Assembly: GCA_965140445.1 (NCBI GenBank)
Contig: OZ223236.1
Location: forward strand, 4,864,001 to 4,928,000
Length of the DNA stretch: 64,000 bases
Direction: 5' to 3'
From: Candidatus Ozemobacteraceae bacterium
GTDB lineage: Bacteria; Muiribacteriota; Ozemobacteria; Ozemobacterales; Ozemobacteraceae
Part shown: positions 29,459-40,527 of the stretch, piece after piece
Position numbering within the stretch: position 1 is the stretch's first letter
Layout of the letters: every line of letters starts with the position of its first letter
The notes under the pieces: model-generated
The model's database searches: none
Seen by the model: the letters and a program-made list of their open reading frames with translations, nothing else
What the model was told of the DNA's origin: nothing
Program-made: the position numbers and the translations under genes

Positions 29459-30379
29459 TTGTTTCAACCAAATCACCGAGGCGCATACGAATACCTGTGG
29501 TTTGAGCACAAATTTTCGGTGCTCGCAATAGGCATAAAAGCATTTCAAAATGCTGCAACAAAAGTTGGGAAAGTCCCTCAAATAACCAGCTTTCTTAAAC
29601 TAATAAAAAAATATAGCCTTTATGACCGGCCAGAGTGGTATAACGCACTGCTGAATGCCTTTTCGCAACTTAGAGATCATTTGACTCGTCAGGAAAAGTT
29701 TGAAATGATCAAAGCAATACTTGAAGCCCCAGAACTTGCCGGAGACATGATTTACAAAAAAGCACTATCTGTAAATGAAACAAGTTTGTTTGGCTGCAGA
29801 TTGTTTTTCCCAATTGAGCAGGCTTTATTTAAATTTTGGGACAGAGAAGACGTCCCCGGTCTTTGGAGCTTGTTCGGCCCTTTTCAAGCTCACCTCACTC
29901 TTTCACAGGTCTTAGCAATTATTATAAGTGAGACTGGTATTAGCAAAAAAGATCTTTTCAAGCGTTTAACAGAGCTTAAAGAAACCATAAGCATTGAAGA
30001 GTTTTCAAGCTGGCCGGAAATTTTAAAAAAATCGTTAATGGAAAAAATGATGGTTGCAACTCCTGGAAAATCAGCCATCTTACATCCTGGAGTAGCTTTC
30101 CCACTGCCTGAACCAGAAAGATTGAATGGCAATCTTGCCACCGTTTCTGCAATTGTTATTCAAAACTTGTGGGAGCAGGAAGAAGATTTTACCAACCCTG
30201 CGCCAGAGCTACCTGAGTTTGAACTTTTTAAAGAGTATTTTTGCAAAGAAAAAACACCAGGAGTTGATTGGAAAGAAAACTTTGATCCAGGTGAATCCTT
30301 CGAGCTACTTGTCAGGCTTTTTTATGAGCAAAAGCAAATTGAAAGCGGACAAAAAGGTGAAGGATTTTTCCTGTTTTAA
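29459..30379 (+). CDS. Hypothetical protein
   Basis: 306-aa ORF with a TTG start and GAGG RBS; no recognisable motif. Confidence 0.6.
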   Translation: MFQPNHRGAYEYLWFEHKFSVLAIGIKAFQNAATKVGKVPQITSFLKLIKKYSLYDRPEWYNALLNAFSQLRDHLTRQEKFEMIKAILEAPELAGDMIYKKALSVNETSLFGCRLFFPIEQALFKFWDREDVPGLWSLFGPFQAHLTLSQVLAIIISETGISKKDLFKRLTELKETISIEEFSSWPEILKKSLMEKMMVATPGKSAILHPGVAFPLPEPERLNGNLATVSAIVIQNLWEQEEDFTNPAPELPEFELFKEYFCKEKTPGVDWKENFDPGESFELLVRLFYEQKQIESGQKGEGFFLF

Positions 30380-31431
30380 ACTCCTGCATAAGAGTGGAGA
30401 CTGCTGATAAGCATATTTACTCCAAAAAGAGTAAACATGGTTACAAGAAATCCAAGAACAGAAATGCATGCTGTCCAAACTCCTTTTAAACCTCTTGTTA
30501 ATCGAACATGTAAATATGCTGAATATACAAGAAAGGTAATAAGAGCCCATGTTTCTTTTGGATCCCAACCCCAATATCTCCCCCAGGCCTTATTTGCCCA
30601 AACCATCCCGAAGATCAGACCGCCTACAGTAAATAAGGGAAATCCCAGAGCTATAGCTCTATAGGTTAAATCATCTAATACTTCAGGCTCTGGAAGCCAT
30701 TTTTCAGTTTTGGAACCAATAGCACCACGAAACAGATATGCGATTAAAACTAATGCTACAACAGTTAAACAAGAGGGGATAATTACCCAATATACTAATC
30801 TGTGCCAGGAATCTTGATATTTGGGATGCCGGCTAAGATAGCTAGCCAGCATTATCATTCCCCCGATAAACGAAGTTGGAAGCCCAAAAACGACTATAGA
30901 GCAAAGAGCTCTTTCAGCTGAAGAAACCCCGGCTTTTTTTAGATCTCCAGAAAGCTGCTGACGGAAGCAATATAAGTAACTCATGATAAATGCGAGAGCA
31001 AAGCAAGCTTCACCAACAAATGCCAGTGAAACATGTAAATGCAGCCAATAGGACTGAAGAGCTGGAATTAAAGGTCTTACCTGAGTAGAAAAAAGCGAAG
31101 CAATTCCAATCATTAAAACAGCGCCAACACTAGCTCCGGCTTCCAAAAGAGGTAGCGGTTTCTTCCAGGTAAATAAAAATCCGGCAATTGCCAGAAATGT
31201 GGAGAGAGTAACCATGGATTCATACATATTTGAAAGTGGAGGATGCCCAGAAGCCTGCCACCTGAAAGCAAGCGCAATAGTGGCGGAAACGGCTCCCACG
31301 ATCAAAGCTACCCTGGAAATAGCATAGAGTTTCTTTTTTTCAAAACTCACAGAAATAGCAAACCCCATGAATGCTAAAAGATAGCAAACCATGGAAAAAA
31401 CGAAGATACTAGTTTCATATTCAAATTTCAT
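30376..31431 (-). CDS. ccsA: Cytochrome c biogenesis system II protein CcsA/ResC
   Basis: Motifs GHPPLSNMYES, PALQSYWLHLHV, WWD-domain WGRYWGWDPKETW and LHSY. Confidence 0.96.
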   Translation of the reverse strand: MKFEYETSIFVFSMVCYLLAFMGFAISVSFEKKKLYAISRVALIVGAVSATIALAFRWQASGHPPLSNMYESMVTLSTFLAIAGFLFTWKKPLPLLEAGASVGAVLMIGIASLFSTQVRPLIPALQSYWLHLHVSLAFVGEACFALAFIMSYLYCFRQQLSGDLKKAGVSSAERALCSIVVFGLPTSFIGGMIMLASYLSRHPKYQDSWHRLVYWVIIPSCLTVVALVLIAYLFRGAIGSKTEKWLPEPEVLDDLTYRAIALGFPLFTVGGLIFGMVWANKAWGRYWGWDPKETWALITFLVYSAYLHVRLTRGLKGVWTACISVLGFLVTMFTLFGVNMLISSLHSYAGV

Positions 31432-31433
31432 AT

Positions 31434-32936
31434 TTATTCTGCGTCACTTTCGAATAACTCTTCAGACAATTTTTCCAACTTCTCATTTAAAATATCGATG
31501 GAACGATTTCCAGATACAGCGAGAATAATCTTTTTGTCTGACTGCACAACAACCCATTCTTCAATATATGGAATGTAAAAACTCATAATTAAACCAAGAG
31601 TAAAAAGAAGGCATCCAATCCAAACAACAGTTTTTCCAGGATCATATGCCAGCTGTAGTCCGCTCTCAAATTCAGGGACTGAGCTTAGGTAAGTAAATGA
31701 AAATGGAAGACTCGTTCCATGGCTTCCGAGCATGCTTTTATCAGCAGGAAACGCCCACGCTCTTCCAGTAACCGCCTTTTTCTCATCATAAGCAATAATC
31801 ATTGCAGCCGGATTATTAAGCTCATTTGAAACGCTGACAAATCTTTCATCAATAATCCTAAAGTCAGGCATAAAATCATGTAAAACAAATGTAAATGGAG
31901 ACCAGTCAGGTTTTACAGGCTTGTTTAATTCAAGCTCTATAACTTGTGGGAAACTTGCATTCAACTCTGAAACAAATTGGTTTTCTCTGCCGGGAATAAT
32001 GTTTACTTCAACTTTGACATTTGAAAAAATCTTGTTCCAGCTAGCCTGATAAAAGGTAAAATCCCCATAAGTGAAGGGTTGATTAACTTTGATCTCAACT
32101 GGAACGGTTTCTGTCGCACCATCAATAACGGAAACCTTTGAAATCCAGCTTTTAATACCAGTAATCTCTCCCCGATCATCCTTGTGATAATCAATAGACA
32201 ATTTTTTAAAAGCCAGCTTCATTGCAGGGCTGGCTAACCCCTGTGCATAAATCTTGTGTAGCTTCTCGACCTGCTCCCGTAACTTATCCAATTCTGGATT
32301 ATTTGGATTTGCAGCCCGTAAATTTCTCGCTTCGCGACTAATTCTATCAGCTTCTTTTCCTGCCCTGAGAGCTTCAACAGGTGCAATGACAGACTTTTCG
32401 CCAACTCTGCCCCTTACAGCCATTTCAACGCTATAAAAAACACCTATCAATCCACCAGCAAGAATGGCCAGAAAACCTATATGAATTAGAGCGCCTCCAA
32501 GGTGATAAGCCTTTCCCCTAACTCTCAGGCCAATATATTCATTTTCTCGTTTTTCTTCAACTTCAAAGCTTTCAGAGAGCTCTTCAAGCTCTTTTCCAGA
32601 AACAATTTTATTAATTGGCATTGCCTTAACTTCTTTAGAAGTTACGCGGGCAAGTCTCTCGAAGTATCTTCTGTATGTTAGTTTGGCCCTGGTAACTGTG
32701 CAAAATAATGTGGAAATTGAAAGTAGCCAAAGAGAAACTATAAAAAGCTTGCCGTGATACATGTCATCAAAACCCAAGGCAAGAATCCAATGCCCAAACT
32801 TGGGAAATGCTTTAAGATAATCTACCGCATCGAGCTGTTGAGGCACGAAGGTTCCAATCATTGAAAGTACGGCAAGAAAGCTTATCAGCAACACCGCTGT
32901 TTTTAAAGAAATTAGTAATCTTAATATTGTTCGCAT
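31434..32936 (-). CDS. resB: Cytochrome c biogenesis protein ResB/CcsB
   Basis: Motifs IGTFVPQ, LIHIGFL, IKVNQPF...FYQAS and SGLQLAYDPGKTVVWIG; adjacent to ccsA. Confidence 0.92.
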   Translation of the reverse strand: MRTILRLLISLKTAVLLISFLAVLSMIGTFVPQQLDAVDYLKAFPKFGHWILALGFDDMYHGKLFIVSLWLLSISTLFCTVTRAKLTYRRYFERLARVTSKEVKAMPINKIVSGKELEELSESFEVEEKRENEYIGLRVRGKAYHLGGALIHIGFLAILAGGLIGVFYSVEMAVRGRVGEKSVIAPVEALRAGKEADRISREARNLRAANPNNPELDKLREQVEKLHKIYAQGLASPAMKLAFKKLSIDYHKDDRGEITGIKSWISKVSVIDGATETVPVEIKVNQPFTYGDFTFYQASWNKIFSNVKVEVNIIPGRENQFVSELNASFPQVIELELNKPVKPDWSPFTFVLHDFMPDFRIIDERFVSVSNELNNPAAMIIAYDEKKAVTGRAWAFPADKSMLGSHGTSLPFSFTYLSSVPEFESGLQLAYDPGKTVVWIGCLLFTLGLIMSFYIPYIEEWVVVQSDKKIILAVSGNRSIDILNEKLEKLSEELFESDAE

Positions 32937-32999
32937 ACCAGCGATTATAGGCTATTTAAAATGGGAATTCAAGACAGTAAAATTATGCACAGGACTTTG

Positions 33000-35993
33000 T
33001 TAATTTTGCTTCGAATCATAATCCAACACTACCATAGTGACATCATCTCCCCACGGGACTCCTTTGGAATAAGCTCTTAGACTCTCCTGGATTTTTTCAA
33101 TAAACTCCTTAGCAGTAAAATCCATGGCCAGAGATGAAATCAAACTTTCAAGTCTTTCATAGCCAAAAAATTCACCCTCAGGGTTCATGGCTTCAACAAA
33201 GCCGTCAGAAAACATTACCAAACGACATCTATCTGGCAAAACCAGTTCATCAAATTTGACCTTCCGTTTTTTAGCTGCTCCCAAAGGGTAACCAACCTGT
33301 TTTAAAGACTCCACATGCCCGTCAGGTAAAACCAGGAAAGGAAAAGATTGACCAAAATTAGTGTAAATAAGAGTCCCTTTTTCTGTTACGAAGCCACCAA
33401 AACAAGTCATCATCTTTACTCTACGTAAATGATCAAGCATTAAATGATTCATTTCTGCAAAAATCTCGTGGGGAAGATATAGCCCAGAATCAACCAATGC
33501 CCCAAAAGCAGCCTTCGCCATAGATACAACCAAAGCAGCAGAAACAGAATGTCCAGACACATCTCCCATTAGAAAAGTTAACTCTTTTTCGCCGCGAGGA
33601 AATGCATCAAAGTAATCTCCTCCAACCTCATCAGCTGGGATAGTATTTCCATAGAATGAAACACTCCCATTTTTAATAATATCCGTAGGCAAAATATGTT
33701 TTTGCACAATATTGGCGACTTCAAGCTCTTTCATGCCTTCTAGAGCAGAATTGAAAGCCTCTCCAAGCTGCTCCCATTCATCTGCCGTATGAATTTCAAT
33801 TCGGTGGCTATGATCCTTTCTTTCCATGGCAAAAATCCCAGACAAAACTGCTCTAGAAGGGCAAATAACTCCCTCTGAAATTCTCCAGAAAAAGAATAAA
33901 ATCAGAACCAAAAATAGCAGATTTCCAATTATCAAGCTTCTTTTTAATCCTTCAATTTCTTTATAGGCAAATTTTAGTGGCACAGCTGCAATTAATATGT
34001 AATCAGAAAGTTGGCTTGCCGCATAGGCAACGATGAGATTTTCCTCACCATTAATTCTGGAAATTTCAGAATGAATTTTTCTTGGAGGTTTCATTAATTT
34101 AAAGATTCGTTCGAATCTTTTCCAACCATCCATATAAGGAAAGTTAAATCTAAAAACCTTGTCTGAAAGAGCAAAAAAGGAAACAGACTCAGGCCATTTA
34201 TCTCTTTTTTGAAAGATTTTTTTCAAAACTACACTTTCAAGATTCAAAACCGGAATATAAAGAATTGTTGAAAGCAAGGCTTTCCCTGAACGATCTCTAA
34301 TAACATCTACAAAGCTTAAAGACTTGTTATCTGAAAGTCCAAAGGCAACATAATCTCCAAGGTTGTGACTCATATTTAGTATCGGATTGTTGTCTCCTTG
34401 TTCCATAAATGAACCGAGAACCATAGACGAAAGGTCTTTTTTCTCCTGAGCCTTTGCGAAACCGTGCTTTCTATTGTATGCGCCAATAAGATCGTTTCCA
34501 GCTACCTTTCCAAGACTGGCCATAGTCTTTTGCCCCTGAGGCGGGCTAAGAGATAGAAATTTGTGGAGATCAAAATTCTTATAGTTTGTTCTATATACGT
34601 ATTGAGCCTCTAAATCAAAAGGCACCCATCCGCGATTGAAATAATCATCAAGAATACGCCTTTTCGCGCTTTCTTCATAAAAAACCAAACTCCTGGTCAT
34701 ATAATTACTACTCGAAAATGGCCTTAAAAACTTCCCTTCTTGGTTAATTAGCAGACAGGTGTCAAATTCACCATCAATTTCCATTTCTACTGTCTTATCA
34801 ATAAACGTTTGCAGGTTTTCGATTTTCCCATCAAGCTGCTTTACAAGATTATGAAAAGAAAATAACTTTTCCCTTAAATGGGCATTATAACTAGAATCAA
34901 GTTGAATTAAACTCTGTTCCAGAAGTTTGAACCATTTAATTTTAGCAGTCTCTCGCTGTGTTTCCTCAAAGTGAACCCAATAAAAGGTAGAAACTCCTGC
35001 AGGCATGACAACGCTTAAACCGCCAACCAACATTACAATCCATGGAATGGACAACCCTTCACCATTATCTTTAAAGTAGATTTTCAGCAAAAGCGGAAGC
35101 CAGAAAAAAGGCAAAGCCAGATACAAAAACGGGATTGGCAAAAAGACTTCTGGAACCTCACAAAAAATAATTCTCCCATCGGGCTTTGAATTAAAAGCAT
35201 ACCTCTTGCCCTCAAACCAGAACTCTCGATTTGCTACCTTTAACTGGAGCTCTTCAAAAGCTTTTCTGATTTTTTTCATCACCGAATTACTTCCCTTTAG
35301 CCCAACAGACATTTCAGGATTAAAATAATCGATAAAACCAAACTTTCTTCCCTGCATAAACTGATTTCTTATAAACCACTTTGCCATGTATTTTTGGTTA
35401 AAGGCTTTTTCATGAAAGAGAATTAAAACCGCATCTACATTTCCTTTTGTAGGCTTTTGGGTCTTGTACCAAGCCCCAAAAGTATTTATCGGAGTTCTAC
35501 TTAGTCTATAAACCTTTCCTGGCCGACCTTCCATAAACTCAAAACCAACTCCGCCTTTTAAGAGCTTAACAATCCTGCCATGATCTTTCCCAATGGTTCT
35601 GGAAATATCTTCCAAATCGCGATCTAAACTTCTTATAAAAAAATTCCACTCTTCTTTCTTATCTTCTGAAGAATTAATAACTTTGAAATTTGAATACAGC
35701 TTCACTTGAACAGAGTCTTTTCCTGCCATCAATGAGTCCTTCCAATTCTTTACCAATCTGGAAGCCTCATTAATTGGTTTTCCAGATAATTGTGCAAAAA
35801 GATTATCTGAAAATTCGTTTAAAACAGGTTTAACATCAAACTTTGTTTGAAGTTGATTCAAAAGTCTAAAACAAAAATCTGCACGCTTCTTTTGTGCTGC
35901 ATTCAAATTATTTTTATGAATTATAAATGCAAAGTAGCCATTAATTGAAAACATCAAAACGATTAATATGAAAATTACATTTTTAGCTTTCAT
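33000..35993 (-). CDS. Large membrane HAMP + SpoIIE/PP2C phosphatase
   Basis: Several TMs, a HAMP-like linker, and VGGDYFD, GDVSGHSVSAA, FSDG and DDVT motifs. Confidence 0.88.
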   Translation of the reverse strand: MKAKNVIFILIVLMFSINGYFAFIIHKNNLNAAQKKRADFCFRLLNQLQTKFDVKPVLNEFSDNLFAQLSGKPINEASRLVKNWKDSLMAGKDSVQVKLYSNFKVINSSEDKKEEWNFFIRSLDRDLEDISRTIGKDHGRIVKLLKGGVGFEFMEGRPGKVYRLSRTPINTFGAWYKTQKPTKGNVDAVLILFHEKAFNQKYMAKWFIRNQFMQGRKFGFIDYFNPEMSVGLKGSNSVMKKIRKAFEELQLKVANREFWFEGKRYAFNSKPDGRIIFCEVPEVFLPIPFLYLALPFFWLPLLLKIYFKDNGEGLSIPWIVMLVGGLSVVMPAGVSTFYWVHFEETQRETAKIKWFKLLEQSLIQLDSSYNAHLREKLFSFHNLVKQLDGKIENLQTFIDKTVEMEIDGEFDTCLLINQEGKFLRPFSSSNYMTRSLVFYEESAKRRILDDYFNRGWVPFDLEAQYVYRTNYKNFDLHKFLSLSPPQGQKTMASLGKVAGNDLIGAYNRKHGFAKAQEKKDLSSMVLGSFMEQGDNNPILNMSHNLGDYVAFGLSDNKSLSFVDVIRDRSGKALLSTILYIPVLNLESVVLKKIFQKRDKWPESVSFFALSDKVFRFNFPYMDGWKRFERIFKLMKPPRKIHSEISRINGEENLIVAYAASQLSDYILIAAVPLKFAYKEIEGLKRSLIIGNLLFLVLILFFFWRISEGVICPSRAVLSGIFAMERKDHSHRIEIHTADEWEQLGEAFNSALEGMKELEVANIVQKHILPTDIIKNGSVSFYGNTIPADEVGGDYFDAFPRGEKELTFLMGDVSGHSVSAALVVSMAKAAFGALVDSGLYLPHEIFAEMNHLMLDHLRRVKMMTCFGGFVTEKGTLIYTNFGQSFPFLVLPDGHVESLKQVGYPLGAAKKRKVKFDELVLPDRCRLVMFSDGFVEAMNPEGEFFGYERLESLISSLAMDFTAKEFIEKIQESLRAYSKGVPWGDDVTMVVLDYDSKQN

Positions 35994-38910
35994 TAGGAGT
36001 CTCCTGGCTAACTGATGCGATGTTTAAAACAACTACAGTCTGATCATCTATCTTGTTGCCATTATCCCATTTAAAAGTTTGCGCAAAAATGTATTCCATT
36101 GCCTGGCCTGCATTTAAACCTATAGTTTCACTACAAATTTGAATAAAACGATCATAGCCAAGAATTTCATCATTGTAGTTAGGAGTCTCAACAAGTCCAT
36201 CTGTATACAAGACTAGATTCCCGCCTTCAGACAAGTCCAAAACCGCATTTTTTGGCTGGAACTTCTTTCTCACGCCTAATGGCATACCAGGTAACTTCAA
36301 AAAATCAGCATTTCCATTCGCGTCGACAAAAATAGGATAGCTTTGTCCAGCAGACGCATATTCAATTTTCCTGTTCACTGGATCAAAAATCCCAACCCAG
36401 CATGTCATAGGAAGCTTTCTGACTCCCTGCTCAAAATGCAGCCTGTTAATTTCTCCTAAAATTCTCGACGGATCTTCAGTATCTCTAGATTTGAGAGCCA
36501 TCCAGACTTTTGTTGAGGCCTGAACCATGGCCGAGGCTACACCATGCCCCGAAACATCTCCAACTGTTATAAGAATTTTCCCCGAATCCAGCTCAAACCA
36601 CTCAAAATGGTCGCCGCCAAGATCTGTCGCCGTTTTGCAAACACCTTCCAGACTCCACCCCTCGCCTCTCAAACCGTTTTCAGGCCACAATTGTTCCTGA
36701 ACAGACTTTGCTACTTTGAGTTCCTGGAATTTCTCAAGAGTCATGTTCAAACTTTTATTGACCAGGGAAAATTCAGCAACAGGCGAAAAAGGTGCTCGAA
36801 CCCGAAAATCTCCAGAAGAAATTGAAGCAAGAATGTTTCTAAGCTCTGACACCGGCTTTAGGAGTAGCGATGAAGTTAACCACCCCGAAAAAACAGCAAT
36901 AAAAAGAATCATTGCTGAAAGCATAAAAAGCCTTTTATTCAAGGAATCAATCTTTTTGCGTATTATTTGATACGGTCGGGCCATGATAAGAACATAGCCA
37001 TCAACATTTTTTCCCAACATGCCACTCAAAAGATATTTTTTCCCTGAAATTTCTTCAATTTCATGTCTGGGAAGCCCTGATGACATAATCAGCTCCGCCA
37101 GCCTTTTCAACCTTTCATTTTCTCCAGTTTTTCGTTTTGGGAAAGCGGGCCATCTCGCAGAAGACTCGACCGGAATAGCCGCCAACCTTGTTTTATCAAT
37201 TCTTTTATCCTTATCAATAGATTTGCTTAGATTTAATAAATAATTCCGCTGACAGCCTTCTCTTGAATGAAAAGCCATTAATAAACCACGAGTGTCCAAA
37301 CTAGAATCGAATAATACGCCGCAATATGTTGGAATAATACTGCTGAGAAGTGAAAAATCGTCCATTCCACCACTGTTTACAAGAAAGTTTCTGGCAAAAG
37401 TACGACTTGTATTAGTTATAACATTGCGCAAAGAAACCCCGCCCTCAATGCTTTCTTCTGTATATTCACCTCTGTATGACTTTAATAAGCTCTCACAATA
37501 AATTTTTTGAGCACCAACTTTTGAGTCCTCAACCGCTTCTAGTTTAATTGTTTGCCCAGGCTCATAATAATAATCAAGCTTGCCTGACTTGCCTACGATT
37601 AAGGCCCTCATTAGAAGACTTTCATCTTTCTTGAAAATGCGGTCAAAATCCTTCAGATAATTAGGGTATTCTACTTCAGTTACATGACGCCCTTCTTCAA
37701 TTTTCTTTTTGTAAGTATCGATGATTTTGGAATACTCAAATCCCATTCCTTCATCGATTCTAGTTAACTCAGCAAGATTTGCATTTTGATATTTCTCTAC
37801 AAGAATCTTCTCCTGGTCATCTCTATCGATTATCCCCGTCATAATAAGAATGGAAATTGGCACAGCCGCTCCGAAAAGAAAAAGAGGAGTAAGCTTAGCT
37901 CTCAAACCAAGTTTTAAGTTTATTCCACCAGAAAAATACCCTGATAAAACAACCAAAGCAATAAGCCCAAATATCCACACAGCAGATTTAAGGCCATTTA
38001 AAAGATGACTTTCATCGATAGACTGCAAAGACAGAGCAAAAACCTGCATTCCAGACTCTGTTATATCTCTAAGTCCGTATTTTTGGCCAAGCTTAAAGCT
38101 TTTTTCAGTAACTTTACAGGATTCAATGACATTTCTTAGCTCATCCCCATTGGGAATATTTTTGGGAAAAATTTTGCTCTGAAAATAAGGATCGATCCAT
38201 CCAAATGTAAAATTGCGACCGTAAATTGAATTGGCCCAGGCTACTGAATCCCTTAAAAGGCTAATCTTATTAACCCCAGTATTTTTAATAAATACGATTA
38301 AATGGCCATCAAAGACATCATCCTTTGTTTTAAGCTTAAACCAGCCCCCCCAGAATCTTTCATTTGAGCCAGTCAGTTTGATAATTTTATTGGGTTTCTG
38401 ATGAAAACTAATATGGGCGGTAGAATAACCAGAAAATCTCTTAAGCCATTTTTCACTGACTTTTGACTTTTGTCCCTCTATTACAGCTTTAAGAAATTTG
38501 TTTGCAACAAATTTAGTTGGCTTTGGTAAGAACTCAATTTCCTCGCACTTGCCTTGTGACGAAAATCGATAAACTTCCAAAGCTTTCGGGAATTCTTCAC
38601 AAACTTGTTTGAGCTTAATCCAAAAAGCTTTCTGATCAGTCCCAATCTCAGTCAAACTGGAAAAAATGGAATCAAACCGTCTTACCGGATCAGCCTTGGA
38701 AGAAAGCTCACTCAGAATTTCTTCCATCTTTAGATTTTGCTGGAAAACTTTTTCTTGATAATGTCTTTTTAAACTAAAATCAATTATTCCAAGAATCAAT
38801 AATGAAGGGACCAGAATATATCCAAAAAGCTTTAATAAAAAGAGGAAAACAAACCTCAAAGAAAAACGATGCTTTCCAAATTCACTATTGCTGGAGATAA
38901 AACTGGCCAT
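35983..38910 (-). CDS. Large membrane HAMP + SpoIIE/PP2C phosphatase (tandem paralog)
   Basis: Same architecture as the neighbour; LGGDHFE, GDVSGHGVASA, YTDG and DDQT motifs; overlaps the downstream gene start. Confidence 0.88.
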   Translation of the reverse strand: MASFISSNSEFGKHRFSLRFVFLFLLKLFGYILVPSLLILGIIDFSLKRHYQEKVFQQNLKMEEILSELSSKADPVRRFDSIFSSLTEIGTDQKAFWIKLKQVCEEFPKALEVYRFSSQGKCEEIEFLPKPTKFVANKFLKAVIEGQKSKVSEKWLKRFSGYSTAHISFHQKPNKIIKLTGSNERFWGGWFKLKTKDDVFDGHLIVFIKNTGVNKISLLRDSVAWANSIYGRNFTFGWIDPYFQSKIFPKNIPNGDELRNVIESCKVTEKSFKLGQKYGLRDITESGMQVFALSLQSIDESHLLNGLKSAVWIFGLIALVVLSGYFSGGINLKLGLRAKLTPLFLFGAAVPISILIMTGIIDRDDQEKILVEKYQNANLAELTRIDEGMGFEYSKIIDTYKKKIEEGRHVTEVEYPNYLKDFDRIFKKDESLLMRALIVGKSGKLDYYYEPGQTIKLEAVEDSKVGAQKIYCESLLKSYRGEYTEESIEGGVSLRNVITNTSRTFARNFLVNSGGMDDFSLLSSIIPTYCGVLFDSSLDTRGLLMAFHSREGCQRNYLLNLSKSIDKDKRIDKTRLAAIPVESSARWPAFPKRKTGENERLKRLAELIMSSGLPRHEIEEISGKKYLLSGMLGKNVDGYVLIMARPYQIIRKKIDSLNKRLFMLSAMILFIAVFSGWLTSSLLLKPVSELRNILASISSGDFRVRAPFSPVAEFSLVNKSLNMTLEKFQELKVAKSVQEQLWPENGLRGEGWSLEGVCKTATDLGGDHFEWFELDSGKILITVGDVSGHGVASAMVQASTKVWMALKSRDTEDPSRILGEINRLHFEQGVRKLPMTCWVGIFDPVNRKIEYASAGQSYPIFVDANGNADFLKLPGMPLGVRKKFQPKNAVLDLSEGGNLVLYTDGLVETPNYNDEILGYDRFIQICSETIGLNAGQAMEYIFAQTFKWDNGNKIDDQTVVVLNIASVSQETPNES

Positions 38911-38946
38911 TTTCCCCCTATTAGTGCAATTTTAATTTAAACTTTT

Positions 38947-40443
38947 CTAGTAAAACCTTAAAACAAGAGGTTGATCATAATTGGTGCGCAAGAAAACAGC
39001 TTCAGTGGCTTCAACAATTGGTTGTCTGCGGCTACTAAATGCACTTACCGATTCATTAAAGAGTTTCTCAACTCTCAAAACCTTTCCTTTAATCTCAACA
39101 TCTGCTTTACCAGCGATTCTAGGATCGTCTGGCAACTTTTCAGGAAAAATAACCTCAAAACAGTAATCCATTTCAAAATCGGGATTTGCCTGATTATTGC
39201 TATTTACAAAAATAATTTTTCGGCCCTTTTTAGTAGTGACATACTCAATCTGACCCTTCCACTCCACGGCTTGTCCGAGATATGGCTTTGGATTTTTGCT
39301 TACGTCGTAAACTCCAATATTTTTATTGATATAAGATGATTGCCGAACTTCTTTTCTCTCAGAATCTACTTTTTCCTGCGCTCTTTTTTTACTGATCCAG
39401 AAGCGACTGGCATTTAGCATTTCATCAATTTGCTGATTTTGTTCAGGGGTTAAATTGCCATAATTTCTAGCCAGCGACAAGAAGGATTCGGCTTGATCAT
39501 AATCACCGTTCTGATAAAAATATGATCCCCTTGAAAAATATTTATAGCTAACTTTTGAAGCAAGAAAAGTAAGTTTATTTTCAGCCTCTTTTAATGATGG
39601 GTTCAATTCTAAACATTTTCTGAACTGAAAAATAGCATCTTCAATCTTTTCTTGAGACTCATAAGCTTCACCAAGTGCGAATACTGCTTTTACCATTTTA
39701 GGATTAAACTTAAGAGCAGCTCTAAAATTATCTTCAGCCGCTATTCCCTGACCGGTTTTAAGATTTATAAGTCCAATAGCATAAAAAACTTCCGGGTCTG
39801 TTGGAGTTAGGTCTCTGGCTCTACCATAACTCTTGGCAGCAGCGGAATATTGCCCTTGCCTGAAATACAAAAATCCTAATAGCTTAAACAATCCTGCGTC
39901 ATCAGGCTTCTCTCTTGCCGCCTGTTCAAGTGACCTAAGGGCTTCCGCAGTTCTTCCCTGTTGAAGGAGCTGTCTTCCGCGTTTTTCTGCCTCGTCACCC
40001 GAAATACTTTCAGTGGGCAGATTTGAGACATTTTCACGCCCTTGTAATTTTAGTTGAGTTCTAACATCTGATTCCAGACTTTTTTTAATCGCTGCAAGTT
40101 CACGTTGAGCAGCCAAATATCCCGAGTCCAGTTTTACAGCAATCTGAAACTCAATTAAAGCCTCTTTTATGAATCCTTGAGCTTTATAAACCCGGCCAAG
40201 ATTATAATGAGCTTCCGGGCTTTTGGGGTCTCGCTCCAAAGCTGTCTTAAACTCTCTATAAGCCTCAAGATAACGTTTCTTGTAAAAGTGGTTCAAACCA
40301 ACGTCAATATGGAATTTTGCTGTTCCAGCCCAACCTGCAGCTGCAGTCAGGATAAAAATCAAAAGTACCCCTGATTTTGAAAAAATTCCGCTTTTCATTA
40401 GTGACCTCATTCCGTTGTCTATTATTTCATCTAGATGATACAA
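38947..40443 (-). CDS. Secreted TPR protein with a C-terminal OB-fold-like domain (start may be 40410)
   Basis: Canonical TPRs (EAHYNLGRVY, KAVFALGEAY); C-terminus NPKPYLGQAVEWKGQI...VEIKGKV. Confidence 0.82.
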   Translation of the reverse strand: MYHLDEIIDNGMRSLMKSGIFSKSGVLLIFILTAAAGWAGTAKFHIDVGLNHFYKKRYLEAYREFKTALERDPKSPEAHYNLGRVYKAQGFIKEALIEFQIAVKLDSGYLAAQRELAAIKKSLESDVRTQLKLQGRENVSNLPTESISGDEAEKRGRQLLQQGRTAEALRSLEQAAREKPDDAGLFKLLGFLYFRQGQYSAAAKSYGRARDLTPTDPEVFYAIGLINLKTGQGIAAEDNFRAALKFNPKMVKAVFALGEAYESQEKIEDAIFQFRKCLELNPSLKEAENKLTFLASKVSYKYFSRGSYFYQNGDYDQAESFLSLARNYGNLTPEQNQQIDEMLNASRFWISKKRAQEKVDSERKEVRQSSYINKNIGVYDVSKNPKPYLGQAVEWKGQIEYVTTKKGRKIIFVNSNNQANPDFEMDYCFEVIFPEKLPDDPRIAGKADVEIKGKVLRVEKLFNESVSAFSSRRQPIVEATEAVFLRTNYDQPLVLRFY

Positions 40444-40484
40444 GATATTTAGCTAGCAATTCAATATTATTACACAATCCAGAC

Positions 40485-40510
40485 AAAAAAAAAGCCCGAA
40501 AACGGGCTTT
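40485..40510 (-). terminator. Intrinsic terminator after the tadG-like gene
   Basis: AAAGCCCG-TTTT-CGGGC followed by T9 on the minus strand. Confidence 0.8.
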
Positions 40511-40527
40511 ATAAAAAGCGAGAGTTG

